A stretch of 64,000 nucleotides of DNA from Callorhinchus milii (taxonomy: Eukaryota). The notes under the pieces are model-generated. The model was not told where the DNA came from. It ran no database searches and worked only from the letters and a program-made list of their open reading frames with translations. Positions 1 to 11,850 of the stretch are shown here, one piece after another. The translations under genes were made by a program, and so were the position numbers. Numbering within the stretch: position 1 is the first letter of the stretch; each line of letters opens with the position of its first letter. The DNA is taken from assembly GCF_018977255.1 (NCBI RefSeq), contig NW_024704742.1, positions 39,496,001-39,560,000 on the forward strand. The letters run 5' to 3'.

Positions 1-279
1 ACTCTTTCCTATTCAAATTCATTCCTTCGCCATATTCTTTCTCTATTTCACCTTCTGGAACTTTCTGTCTCAATATCTCCACCCTGCCCCCTCTCTGTCC
101 ATCTTCAAATCACACCTGAAGATTTTCCTTTTTAATTTTGTTTTCAGTCACCTCCTTTCCCACCTTTGTGCTCAGTATCAAGATAATTCTGCAGGCAAAT
201 ATAGCCTATGATTGATCAGAGGAAGGACAAGGTAGGAAAATATCCTTCCATTTGATATACTATAATTCTTGCAAATAGC

Positions 280-1625
280 TCATCACATCGTTTCACCCAC
301 AAAATACACAATCAATCTACTTCATAATATATTCCGTGAAGCACTTTGAGATGTCTCAATTATGTGGTAAGGTGCTATATCAAATTCAAGGATTATTATT
401 AGTAGTAATAATATTATCATTGAGGCATCTCAAAGCATATCAAAATCTATCTTGGGGATGAATACAAAGATAGGACTGTCAATTATGAAAGGGATATCAA
501 TCAGTTTTGCTTCATACCTGCTTGTGGGACACTGCTATATGCACATTGGCTTCCATGGCTCCCAACACTTCATTTTCCAGTAAATCCTGTGAAGCAAGTT
601 TCCTTACTCCACACAGCTCTGGTTACCTAGCAGTAAATAGGAACCTGGTTGGTAGTCAATTGGCAGACCATTTTCTGGAGTGATAATCCCTTCCAAAATG
701 AAATGGTTACTCAATCCCCCAAAATGGACTGATTGGGGGATTATGTGCGAAATGGCTGCAACATTTGCCTACAAATATACTTAACAGCAATTCTCTGTGA
801 AGTATTTGAGATGGTTGATGTTATATCAAATGCAAGTGATCTTGGGACTAAGCAGAACAAGGATAACTCTTGATTCACTCTCCAAGGAATCCTAAAGTCA
901 TGGAAGGACAGTATTGTAGTGAGGTAGCAGTTAACCATGTGAGGAGAGATTTCTCTGACCTTAAAGATGTATGGTGTATTAAGGGTTAATTAGATTTGTT
1001 CACCCAATTATAATCTTTAACACAATTCTGAACAACAACAACATGTTGGAAAATATGAACCTGTGTCACATTTGCCCCTGCAAAATGCTGTGGGTGTCAA
1101 AATTATCATAAAATAGAAAGTCATGTGTGGCTCAATTTACATAGGTTCAAAATATACACAAAAATTAGCTTATTCTGCTAAGTTTCATCGTACTAATTAT
1201 TTGGAATTGTTTTGAAAAGAAATTCATTTGTCAAATAATTATGTTGATTGTTAAAAATAGCAATATTTTCAGGTTGTAGATTCGACTAGATTTTTCCCCA
1301 AAAAGACCTTTTTTATCGAGTGGCATTTGATAGGCCTCATGGATTCACTTGCATTTGATATAACGTCAACCATCTCAAATACTTCACAGAGTATTGCTGT
1401 TAAGTATATTCGTAGGCAAATGTTGCAGCTATTTCGCACATAAGATAATAGTAATCTTTGCATTTGATTTAGCACCTTATCACATCGTCGAGACATCTCA
1501 AAGCACTTCACAGAATATACTGTAAAGTGAAATGACTATATATTTTTGTGGGCGAAACACAGCAGCCAATTGCACAGAGCAGTGTCCCACAAACAGTCCA
1601 TTTGGGGGGATTGAGTAACCACATA
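280..1625. mobile_element. cluster of SINE pieces (+ 280-405, 500-595, 596-840; - 1345-1443, 1444-1621)
   Basis: Repeated tail motif gtgaagcactttgaga...tatatcaaatgcaagg. Confidence 0.8.
741..1443. repeat. 99-bp inverted repeat (741-839 / 1345-1443)
   Basis: 4 mismatches counted over 99 bp. Confidence 0.92.
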
Positions 1626-2329
1626 TTCAAATATATGAGTTGTTAATATTTTAATGAACAGCCAGAACCTTTTAATATTGATTGAAAGACTCGGTGATGA
1701 AAAACAAGTATGCTAATTGTACTGTTGACAAAGTTATCTGTGTTATCACTGGCTTCATTCCATGTACTGATTTAAGACATCCTGCACAGCATGGTGTTAT
1801 AAATAGCACATAACTAATTGAGTTTCAGCCACTTGATCAGTCAGTTTCCTTGAGCCAGTGTAGAAGCCTCCTATTCCACTGCCTTCGCACAGAATACTGG
1901 TAACCAGGAAGGACCTTTGTCAAACCCAGGTCTTGTTTACGTAACTCAAATGGACCTTTTAACCAGTAATAATTATTTTTAATGAGCTACTTAGTTTTCT
2001 ATTCATCAAGTTTATTTTTTTGCTCGTTAAACAATCAGTAATTTCAATTTGTTCAAAAGCTTTGTTTTGCAAATTAAAGAATCGTTAAACAAATATTGGA
2101 TCTTCTATTGACATTCAGGTCAGACTGAACTAGAGAGCAGCTTAGAGAGACTATGGGAAATCAGAATCATAGAAACTGAATTGTACCTTTATACTGCGAT
2201 AAGAGGAACCTTCTCTAATCCTGTGCTACACTAAACCTGAAAATCAAGTTTCCTGTTAAATTTGTGGCTTGGAATTATGATATAGATTCTGTTGATTCAC
2301 ATTCAGTGTCAGTCATTCTGAATACTGAA

Positions 2330-2660
2330 CTTTATACTCTCGCCTCTGGGTCAAAAGGTTGTGGCCTCAAGCCCCACGTCAGAACTTTGACCCTCATAAT
2401 CCAGGCTGACACTCCAATGCAGTGCTGGGTATGTGCAGCATTGTCGGAGGTGCCATCGATCAGATGTTATGCTACTATGTTATGTTAAACCTAAATCCTG
2501 CCTTTCTGTTCAGGTGGATGTTAAAGATCCCATGACATAATTTGAAAAGAGAAGGGAGTTTCTCCCGGTGTCCTTGCCAACAAACCCCAAATAAAAAATG
2601 GACTATTCACTTCTCGGCTGTTTGTGGAACATTACTGTGTCCAAATTGGATTTGCCATGT
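2330..2660 (+). mobile_element. DeuSINE (SacSINE1/AmnSINE1-like)
   Basis: caggctgacactccaatgcagtgctg...ttcaggtggatgttaaagatcccatg...ggtgtccttgccaa (Deu domain). Confidence 0.85.
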
Positions 2661-3204
2661 AAGTGTACACCTCAGTGTTCACAGTGTTCACCTGTAAGTG
2701 AAAAATAACTTCTCATGATCTGTTCTAGCAACATATTGTCACAATGAAGCAATCATTGGCATGGCATCAACTACTGCAACAAGCTCTTGTTAAGAGGTAC
2801 TAGTATTTCTTTGAAGAACTGTAATATATGTATGTTTTTTGCTGTCTCTGGCAATTTCTTTATTTGAGTTAGTTTATGTAAGATTGCTAGAACTACACTA
2901 ATTAAGCATGAGACTTCAGGACAAACCTAAGTTTTGATACATTTATCCTGAAATAAGAAACCAAATACAATTCAGTTAAATACAATTCCTGCGGTGGCAG
3001 AGATTTTTTCTGTTGTGGTAAGAACAGCATGCGTATGTTTATGTGTGATGTGAGAACTTCAATAGTAATGCAGTAGAAATATACTATACCCCAAATATAG
3101 TGATATAGTGATCCTCATTATTGCATTGTGTGCAAGCAATAATATTGTGCTGAAAATGATGTCTGAATGCTTCAGCTCTTCTCTACTCTTGTGATAAACT
3201 GATA

Positions 3205-3575
3205 TTAGTCTGATTCACTTGATAGCATTCTTGCCTTTGAGTCAACTACAAGAACATTTATATTGAAGGGCATTTATATTGTGTCCTTAACGCAAGTAGA
3301 GTCTCGGAATGATTCAGAAGTTTGTAGGTTTAAGCCAGGACTTTGAGCTCACAGTCTAGACTGACACTCTCAATGTAGTGTTGGAAAAGCACTGCATTGA
3401 TGGTGATGTCGTCCTCTGGATGAGATATTAAACCGAGGTCCTCACTGTCTGTTCAGGTTAAAGATCCCATGGCACAATTTGAAAAGAAAAGGGAGTTTCT
3501 CCCGGTGTTCTAGCCAACAAAATGGGTAATTCATCAAATAGGTGTCTGCGTAACATTGTTTTGTGCAAATTAGCT
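3205..3575 (+). mobile_element. DeuSINE
   Basis: gatgagatattaaaccgaggtcc...aaagatcccatggcac. Confidence 0.85.
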
Positions 3576-3589
3576 GTTAATAATCCTTA

Positions 3590-3852
3590 TAATAATAATC
3601 CTTGCAATTGATTTAGCGCCTTATCATGTATTCTAGGCATCTCAAAGCATTTCACATAATATACTGCAAAATGTAGTGACTGTGTATTTTATGGGCAAAA
3701 TGCAGCAGCCAATTGCGCACAGCAGTGTCCCACAAACAGTCGTGGATTGAGTGACCAAATTAATATTATTATTTTTTAAGGGATCGATTAACAACCAGGT
3801 TCCTATTTACTGCTGGGTAAACAGAGGTGTGTGGTAAGGAAACTTCCTGAAC
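3590..3852 (-). mobile_element. tRNA-derived SINE, long subfamily, headless
   Basis: ggttcctatttactgctgggtaaacagaggtgtgtgg plus tail. Confidence 0.8.
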
Positions 3853-4084
3853 ATTTTGTACTATTGCATGCAAAATACACATTCACTACACATTATATAC
3901 GATGAAACACTTTGAGGCAGATTCCCAAACTGGGGCAGAAATGGTGGTTTCAGAGCTTTGGGCTAAGGAAGAAAAATCTAAATAATAAAGTGTAGATTTA
4001 TTGTAATTGTGTAATTTGGACTAAACAACCGAATTTGCACACAAAATATTCCACAAACAGTCATGAAATGAATGACCAATTTGT

Positions 4085-4335
4085 TTGGGAGACCATTGGT
4101 TGGGAGACCAGGAGAAACTTCCTTCAGATTTTCTAATTGTGCAATGGGATTGTCAATGTTCCGCTTAACAGGCACAGGCGGTTTAACATCTCATCTGGAG
4201 GTCAACATCTCCAACAGTGCAGCACTCCCTCAGGACTGCACTGGAGTGTCAGCATAGATGTCAAGTCCTGACATGAGTCTTGAACTCATAACCTCTGACT
4301 CAGAGATACGAGAACTACCAACTGAGTCATGCTGA
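4085..4335 (-). mobile_element. DeuSINE
   Basis: acagtgcagcactccctcaggactgcactggagtgtcagc; head ctctgactcagag. Confidence 0.82.
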
Positions 4336-4999
4336 CAACTGACACCACATTGGGTGATGAGAGGACTAGGTTCACACTTCACTGTTACATAGTTTGCTGG
4401 CAAATCATTTAGGCAAGGTCCTGAAGCTCAGTAAGCTATTATAGAACTATACCCACGTTTAGTCAGAACCTTCAGTGGAGGAAGGGAGGAAATTGTAGAA
4501 GAACAAAATCAGAATTTATCAAATAATTTGTAGAAAGCTTTAACTAACAGAATAAGTATGGCTTTTGAAGCAAATCTGAAAGCAATCTAAATAATAATTT
4601 AATAATAATGTGAAGTGAACTTCTGAGCCCTCACTTTTCAATGACCTTTAATGGGAAACTGAGCAAAATGTCAAAGCCACTGAACTTACATTGTTCGTGA
4701 TATCAGGAAATGTAGTAAATTCATGATGTGTGCATGAAATAATCTGTTTCCTTAAAACAGAATTACAAATGACATTTTAAAGCTACCAGTGTAACTAGAA
4801 ATTTATATTATTACCAATCCTGAAAGTAGTAAGCATTGCTTTTGTTGTGCTTAACCTCATGGATTTTCTATTTTTCACCAAGAAGGTTTCTTTGCTGACT
4901 ACCTGCAGTACATTTTTTGAAGTTAGCACATTGACACTGGAGTCTGATGTAAATGCATACCAAGCATTTTGTAATGCGGTTAGGGTGTGCGAAATAACC

Positions 5000-5460
5000 T
5001 AATAATAGAATCAAACAATGTTGCTGCACAGGTACAAGTCATTTAGCCCTTGAAATCTATGTTGGTTCTTTTCTCCACATGAGATATTAATCCCAATCAT
5101 CTCATCCATTCACTCCCCATATCATTTAATATTTTTCAACCATCTATCCAATTCCCTTTTAAAAGAATTTATGAACTCTCAAAACAAAAATCAAAAAGGG
5201 GTCATTCAATCCTCGATTGTTTGTGGGACACTGCTCTGTACATTTCTGCTGTGTACATTGTACATTGGCTGTTGCATTTCACCCTCAAAATACACAGTCA
5301 CTCCACTTTACAATATATAGTGTGAAGTGCTTTGAGATGTCTCAATGATGTGATAAGGCACAATATCAAATGGAAGGATTGCTATAACAAATTACAGCAG
5401 AAAACTACATTCCAACTGTTCCCTGTGTAAATAAATATTTCCTAATCTTCCCTTTAATTG
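5000..5460 (-). mobile_element. old CR1 3' end with a SINE tail inserted (~5200-5385, +)
   Basis: atagaatc...catttagcccct...catctatccaattccctttt. Confidence 0.55.
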
Positions 5461-5784
5461 CATTCCTACCTCTTTTGTTCTGTACAGTAAAAATTTCAAA
5501 CATCTGATTCTCCCTTCATTTCTCTAGATTGCAGGAGTAAAATTTCCCCTCACCCCCACTACGATTGGGTAAAAAATTTAAATAATCCTGTAGCAGGTAT
5601 CTTGTTCTCTATTTAATGTTCTCCAACCCAACAGCATTCTTTTGAAGGTAGTGCACTTAAAACAGTGGTTAGATTACTTGATCACCAACTTAAGAATGCT
5701 GTAGGAGAGAAACAGTGGTTGTTGTTATTGCACACATTCTTATCTGCTTTTACTCAACTCTGGGTGTGGGTGACTTTGAAATAA

Positions 5785-6545
5785 TCAACCCTGTTTTCCT
5801 TGAGAAGATGGTGATGGACTTTCATTTTAAAATGCTGCAATGATTACAGCAATAGTGTTCCCACAAAGGTGCTGTGTAGGGAGTTCCTGGGTATTAACCA
5901 TCAATGATGAAGGAATGGTGATATATGTCCAAGTCAGGATGTTGGACGCCAACATTTCGATGTTGATATTCCCATGATACCAGTGATCTTGCTCTTTTGA
6001 ATGGTGGAGACCAGAGGGCTGGGAGGTGCTGTTGAATAAGGTTGATGAGCAGCTCCAGTGTATTCTGAGATAGCACACACAACAGCCACAGTGTGTCCAT
6101 GAGAGTGGGAGTGAATCTTGAGGAACTGGGATGCTGATCAAATGAACTCCTTTCTCCTGGATGGTCAATGTTCTCACATGTTTTTTAGTGACAGTATCCA
6201 GGCAAGTGGTGAGTATTCCATCACACTCCTGCTTTGAGCCTTGCAAGATAGTGGAGCGGCTTTGAAGAGTTAGGAGGTGTACCTAGTCTATGCCTAACTC
6301 TTGTAGCAAATGTATTAATGTGGCCAAGCTAAACGTCTTGTTAATCATGTCCTCCCAGGATGTTGATGATGTTAATGGTGGGGGATTCAATGATGGTTTG
6401 TGTCTTTGAAGTTCAGGGGAAGTTGGCTGGATTCTCTCTTGTCATAGCTTGGCCCTTATATGGTTATGTCCTGCCACTTATCAGCCCAAACCTGGGTATC
6501 ATTTAGGTCTTGTTGTAGTTGGATAATGGGCTGCTTCATCAATCT
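5785..6545 (-). mobile_element. CR1/L2-group non-LTR retrotransposon 3' portion (distinct family)
   Basis: Degenerate RT C-terminus on the minus strand and 3' end ccatcaccatcttctcaagg; recalled resemblance to a common chondrichthyan LINE. Confidence 0.65.
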
Positions 6546-7139
6546 GCCTTAATTGGTTGACTCTTGCCTCTGAGTCACACGTTGTAAGTTCAAGTCCCGA
6601 CATGGGATTTATGACTCAGAAGTGAGTGTGCTACCAACTGAGCTTGGCTGACTTCTTGATGTCATACTTAGACAAATGCTGCCCTTATGACAGCCATTCT
6701 AACTTCTCTGTGCATATGTCTGTGCATACATAAATGCAGTCCAGTGGTATTAGGACTTCAATCTTGTAGTCTAAGCTGACATTCTAAAACAGGGCTGGGG
6801 AGAGTCAGATTGTTGGAGCTGGTCTCCTTCTGATGGACAGTCTTCTCAAACCTGGATACACAGGACTCCCCTCCCCCCACCAACACCACTCACCATGGTG
6901 GAAACAAACATATAAGCCTGTCTCTGCTCACACTGATCTGAAAATTTTATGGTGCTACTGTGATAAAAGAAATAGTATAGTAGTGATATTCCTGAACTGT
7001 TAATAGCTCATCCATAACTGTTGCAATAAAGCAATAGAAGGTTCAGTTCTGGAAACCTTCATTTTGCTTATAAAATTAACTCCACATTACGTTCTGCTCT
7101 ATGTAATATTTGTGCTTTCCTCTTGAACATGCTTTATAA

Positions 7140-7510
7140 AAGTTTATTGTAAAAGGGAAGGTACAATAGATCATCTTGTGGCACATAGGTTAATCAGAGT
7201 CAGCCAGCAAGGCTACATAAGTGAGAAGTCATGCTTAACAAATATATTGGATTTCTTTGAGCAAATTACAAAGCTAGTGGATAGGGATGAGGCAGTGAAT
7301 GTTATTTACCTGCATTTGAGGAAAAGCATTTGACACTTTTCCACATAATGGACTGCTGCATAAGGTTCAGTCACATGGGACAGACAGGAATGCATTAAAG
7401 TAAATTAGCACATTACGATTTGATAGAACACAATAAGTAGTGGTGTAAGGTATCCAGCTAGAACCAAGTTACTAATGGTGTACCGCAGGAGTCGGAACTA
7501 GAAACATTGT
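7140..7510 (+). mobile_element. old CR1 RT fragment
   Basis: KSCLTNILDFFEQITKLVDRDEAVNVIYL...AFD...GVPQES. Confidence 0.85.
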
Positions 7511-8085
7511 GCTGTACATGGGACCCACTTGTCCTCTTCAGTCAGAGCTGCAGGTAAGTGGATAGTGAAGGGGAAATGCAGGAGGTATTGTAATGTAGAT
7601 TTTTTTTAAATTTTGGTCAGCTAGGCTTTGGACATATGTAACAGCCCATCATCAGACTTAAGAGTATCCAACACATATAAATTTCACTTTATCTTGAATT
7701 AAATGCACACTGTCTCCCTGGAGGGATGCATCTTGCTTACTTATTTCAGGGAGGATTGGCAAAGGTTAGCAGGAGCCAAGGTTTGGGGGACCCCAGAGTG
7801 TGCGTTGACATACTGCTGGAGTTTGACCTGTTAATACTACAAATCTTGCCATTCAAAGCACAATCTGGCAAGCTTCCTATTGCTTGTCCAGCTAAGATTC
7901 TATCCATAAGGTTTTTGGCTTGTTGGGTGAACCAAAGCCAGGTAGAAAGAGTCCCTGCTCCCAGTCACTGATGTGACTGTCAACCCCCAAATGCTGTCAA
8001 CAAACCAAGCTGGCTAGTTTAGTATTATCAGTGCTCTGAAGTACTGTGGACCCACATAGCTCAGGAATTGGACTGCTAACTGATC

Positions 8086-8153
8086 AGCGCTTTGGGATGT
8101 CCTCCCGACGTGAAAGGCACTCTACAAATGTAATTTTGTTATTGTTGTTGTTG
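8086..8153 (+). mobile_element. isolated L2 3' tail
   Basis: agcgctttgggatgtcctcccgacgtgaaaggcact...ttgttgttgttg. Confidence 0.85.
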
Positions 8154-9002
8154 TACTAAAACCACTGCAGAGGATTGACTCAATTCTAATGATCCATTGC
8201 CAAGCAAGTCACCTTGGAGCCAGCTCAACATTGAGGAGACTTACCTCCACAAAAGGAGGATACATAGTAATTGTCACTGGTGATAATTGTTACTTCACAT
8301 GCTCCTTGACCTCCTCCATGTTCGAATATCCAAGATACTATCATCGAATGTGTTTCATTGACTTTCTCCTCGGTTTGGTTATCAGTTTCTTCATTTACTT
8401 CATTCTCACCCTTCAAGGAACTCAGTACCATCACATGCATTTAAGGTCTGCATAACGTATTCTTCTATAGATCTGCTTGCTTTAGCAGCCCCAAGCAGTT
8501 CTGGTTTCCTTGTAGGTTACTCATTCTTTTACTTCCACTGGCAATTCAAGCAAATCATTTAAGCTTTTCCAATTGTGTGGACCTGAAACAAACTCTGTGG
8601 CTTCTCTGATTTAATCCACTTATTTGGGGGTGGGAGGGCATTCAGTTTACATTGAAATCTCTCTTTATTCATAAAAAATCATTATTACTGTATCGAATTT
8701 ACTCCTTTTATAAATATATTTTATGTACGTTTCATATTGTGTGTTACTGGTCCACTAACCTCTCTATGATTCAGGATTCTTAGGGGGTTATTCTTATTCA
8801 AATGAGTTTCTCAGCCCACGTTATTTTTCCTCCCCAAGCATGAGATTTATTTTTCAGAGCTGAGGATAATCACAAACAGCCTGTACAGTCCACACACATC
8901 TGGGCATAATCAAAAGTGACCAAAAAAGCACAAATTGTATATTTTTCAGTAATCAAATATCAATGATGTATGGCGATGTTTTACACAGAGCATATGTGTT
9001 TA

Positions 9003-9560
9003 ACAGCAACTTGCCTTCATACAGCGCCCTTCATGCGATGTAGTGTCTTGGAGTGCTTAACAGTAGCAGAGCCCGATGTCGAGCTGGGAAAGGGGAGGTG
9101 ACTGTAAACATGGCCGAAGAAGAGGGTCTTCAGGTGTAATTTGAAAATGGGCTGGAGGAGGGGGTGGGGGGGGGGGGTGGATAGGCGTGGGCATGGTGGA
9201 GGGATTGAGGGAAAGAGTTCCAAAGTTTCAGGGTGTAGTGGCTGAAGGGGGGGCCACTGATGATGGAACGGAGGAGACGAGGGACAAACAGGAGGCCAAA
9301 GCCAGCTGAACAAAGGTAGAGTGGGTAGTAAACAGGTCGGAGGGGTAGGGAAGTGCTAGGACGTGAAGGGATTTGTAGATGAGTGTGAAGATCTTGGAAT
9401 TGATCCATTCTGTGAGAGGGAATCAGTGAAGCCTGGATAGGACTGGTGTAATGGGGGTATGGAGTATAGAGCGGGTGAGTACATGAGTTTTCAATTAGTT
9501 GGATTTTATGGATAGTGGCTGGGGAAACAAGCGAGGAGAGCATTGGAATAGTCGAGGTGG
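9003..9560 (-). mobile_element. L2 3' fragment (second subfamily)
   Basis: HKIQLIENS; FKLHLKTLFF; its 3'UTR matches 34075-34510. Confidence 0.85.
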
Positions 9561-11151
9561 TTTAAAAGAGATATTGGCACATCTGACAACACAAAAGTAA
9601 CCAGTATGCATATATAAGACAAAAACTGTTCAGAGTGTCGAGGTTTTGTATTATGTTTATGCAAACTCCATTCCACAGTTGAGCCAGATGAAAAACATAT
9701 GCTTTGTTAATTTGTCATCAGTACAGCATTCATAAAAGTGCTCACTTATTTGTGAACTGTAATTAAAAGCAGATTTGGAGCTAATGTATCTATTCTCAGT
9801 ATTAATCCAAAGGTGCAAATTCATTTTTGTTCTGTTAATCACCTGGATTCCTCCTTGAAGGACTCACACCTCACATTTACATGTACTACCTTTAGATAAC
9901 CAAGTGTCCTACTGGACAGCTGAGACCTGAATCACCCCAACATTGACACATCGTCTGTTGGAGTTGTTTAGGGGATACTGTTGGCAATGGAGGACAGTGG
10001 GTATCTTTTTATTTGAATGCTATTGCACATTTGTACTTTTATAGCATGGAAGCAGAGAGAAACCTGAATATTTTCATCTTACCTCATAATGATCCAGACA
10101 GGCTGTAGACTCATTAACAGTGCCCTGAAGTAGAGTGGACCTGGTTGTATCAGGTTTCAGATGACTAAGTCAACCACAGAGGAACCATAGAAACTAGAGA
10201 ATAGTATTAAAATTTGCCTGGGGATGGCTGCTGCAGAAGGCGACCGACTCAGACCGCAGGAGATTGTCCTGACACTGAAAATTGGGAGTGGTGTGACTTA
10301 CTGATAATCAAGCCTAAGTCTAAGTAGTCTAAGGAGCCTGACGAGGAGAACACAGACATCAAAGACCCAGGAATGACTGACAGAGAAAAGCCCTTGCTGG
10401 GTGAGTAGGCTGCCACCGAGCTCCTGCCACAGAACTAGCTGAAGGCCTGCATAACCAATCCTCCAGGTCCAGCGGGGAACTGGTGCAGACAAGGTGTAGG
10501 GTTACCTTAAAAGTGTTTAAATATCAAAAGCGAGTTTGGAGAGGAGCAGGCATGTAATAATAATAATAATCCTTACATTTGATTATCATGCCTTATCACA
10601 TTGCTGAGACATTTCAAAGCGCTTCACAGAATATATTGTAAAGCGGATTGACTGTGTATTTTTTGATGCCCTTGTTGGAGATAATTTATTTGCCATTTAA
10701 TAAAAACACCTTCATTTCTTATTAAATATGGATAGATGGCAGCATTATCACTCCACAACACCAAATCCAGCCACAGTATCATGGCCCTCTTTCCACTCTG
10801 ATGACTTTTCTACAATCGATGCTGACCAATCTCCTGTGAGGACACATCAACTTGTTGCTTATATTTTTAGTGATCCTGTATATAAAGCAATTTTTCTTTT
10901 GGTATTTCTATCACTCAGTTTGAGAGATCTGTTTATCAGTCCCTCCATGTCCTTTTGTTTTTCCACTCCTTGGGAAAATGTTATCACTTAGTGCAAACCA
11001 TTCACCCACAAAATTCCCAGTCACTACCTTTTCTACAGTAAAACCTGTGAAGCGCTTTGAGACTTCCTCCTGACATGAAAGGCATAAAGTCAACTGCCAG
11101 GATTATTATTATTACTTCCATTCCAATATCCACACTGCCTTCTCTCCAGAG

Positions 11152-11272
11152 CAGTGGTGACCATCATTTTGGTTGGCCAACAAAATAATCATTGAAGTAG
11201 CAAAATAGCATACATTTATGCCATAAATTAATAAATATTTAATCAAAAACATTTTATTGGCCAACCAAAGGT
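11152..11272. repeat. related palindromic element
   Basis: 19-bp inverted repeat tttggttggccaacaaaat / attttattggccaaccaaa (1 mismatch); right arm resembles 46289-46340. Confidence 0.55.
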
Positions 11273-11850
11273 ATGCGATTTGAAGTGTGCTTTGAAAGAC
11301 AGGAGGGAGGGAATGAGTCAGAGGGACTCTGGGACAGAAATCCAGAGAGCGTGGGCAAAATGGCTGGAATTCTGCCGCTCAGCGCTCAATGGTGATGTAA
11401 ATATACAAAGAACATGAAGCAGACCATTGCTTGCTGAGCTATTTGAGTAGGTCCCAGAGGTAGGGTGGGTCGAAACAGTGGAAGGATTTGAATGTAAGAA
11501 TGAGGATTGTGAACTTGATCTTTTGGGGGATAGGGAGCCAGTGGAGCTGAGCGAGGATGAGGCTGATAGGGTCACAGATCCTGGAGTGGATACTAATGCA
11601 GAGTTCTGGAGAGTCTACAGCTTTTGTAGGGAGGAGATGGGGAGTCCGTTAAGCAGAACATTGGTATAATCAAGACTGGAAGGGTCTCAGCGGCCCAAGG
11701 GCAGTTGTAGAGACAGAGAATGTTTTGGAGGTGAGGGAAAGCAGAGTGGATACAAATATGAATGTGCAGTTTGAAAGACAATTGGGAGTCAAACAAGACA
11801 CCCAGGTTCTGCGATGGCACCATGAGGTGAAGTGTGCATCTATCCGTCAT
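11270..11850 (-). mobile_element. old L2 fragment
   Basis: NLGVLFDSQLSF and degenerate downstream L2 sequence. Confidence 0.8.

Noticed and set aside
7542..7553. 12-nt microexon-like TCAGAGCTGCAG|GTAAGT
   Set aside because: Sits at the edge of a CR1 fragment; expected by chance.
10083..10124. 42-nt minus-strand exon-like segment (GTVNESTACLDHYE)
   Set aside because: Short pyrimidine tract, no recognisable homology and no supporting exons.
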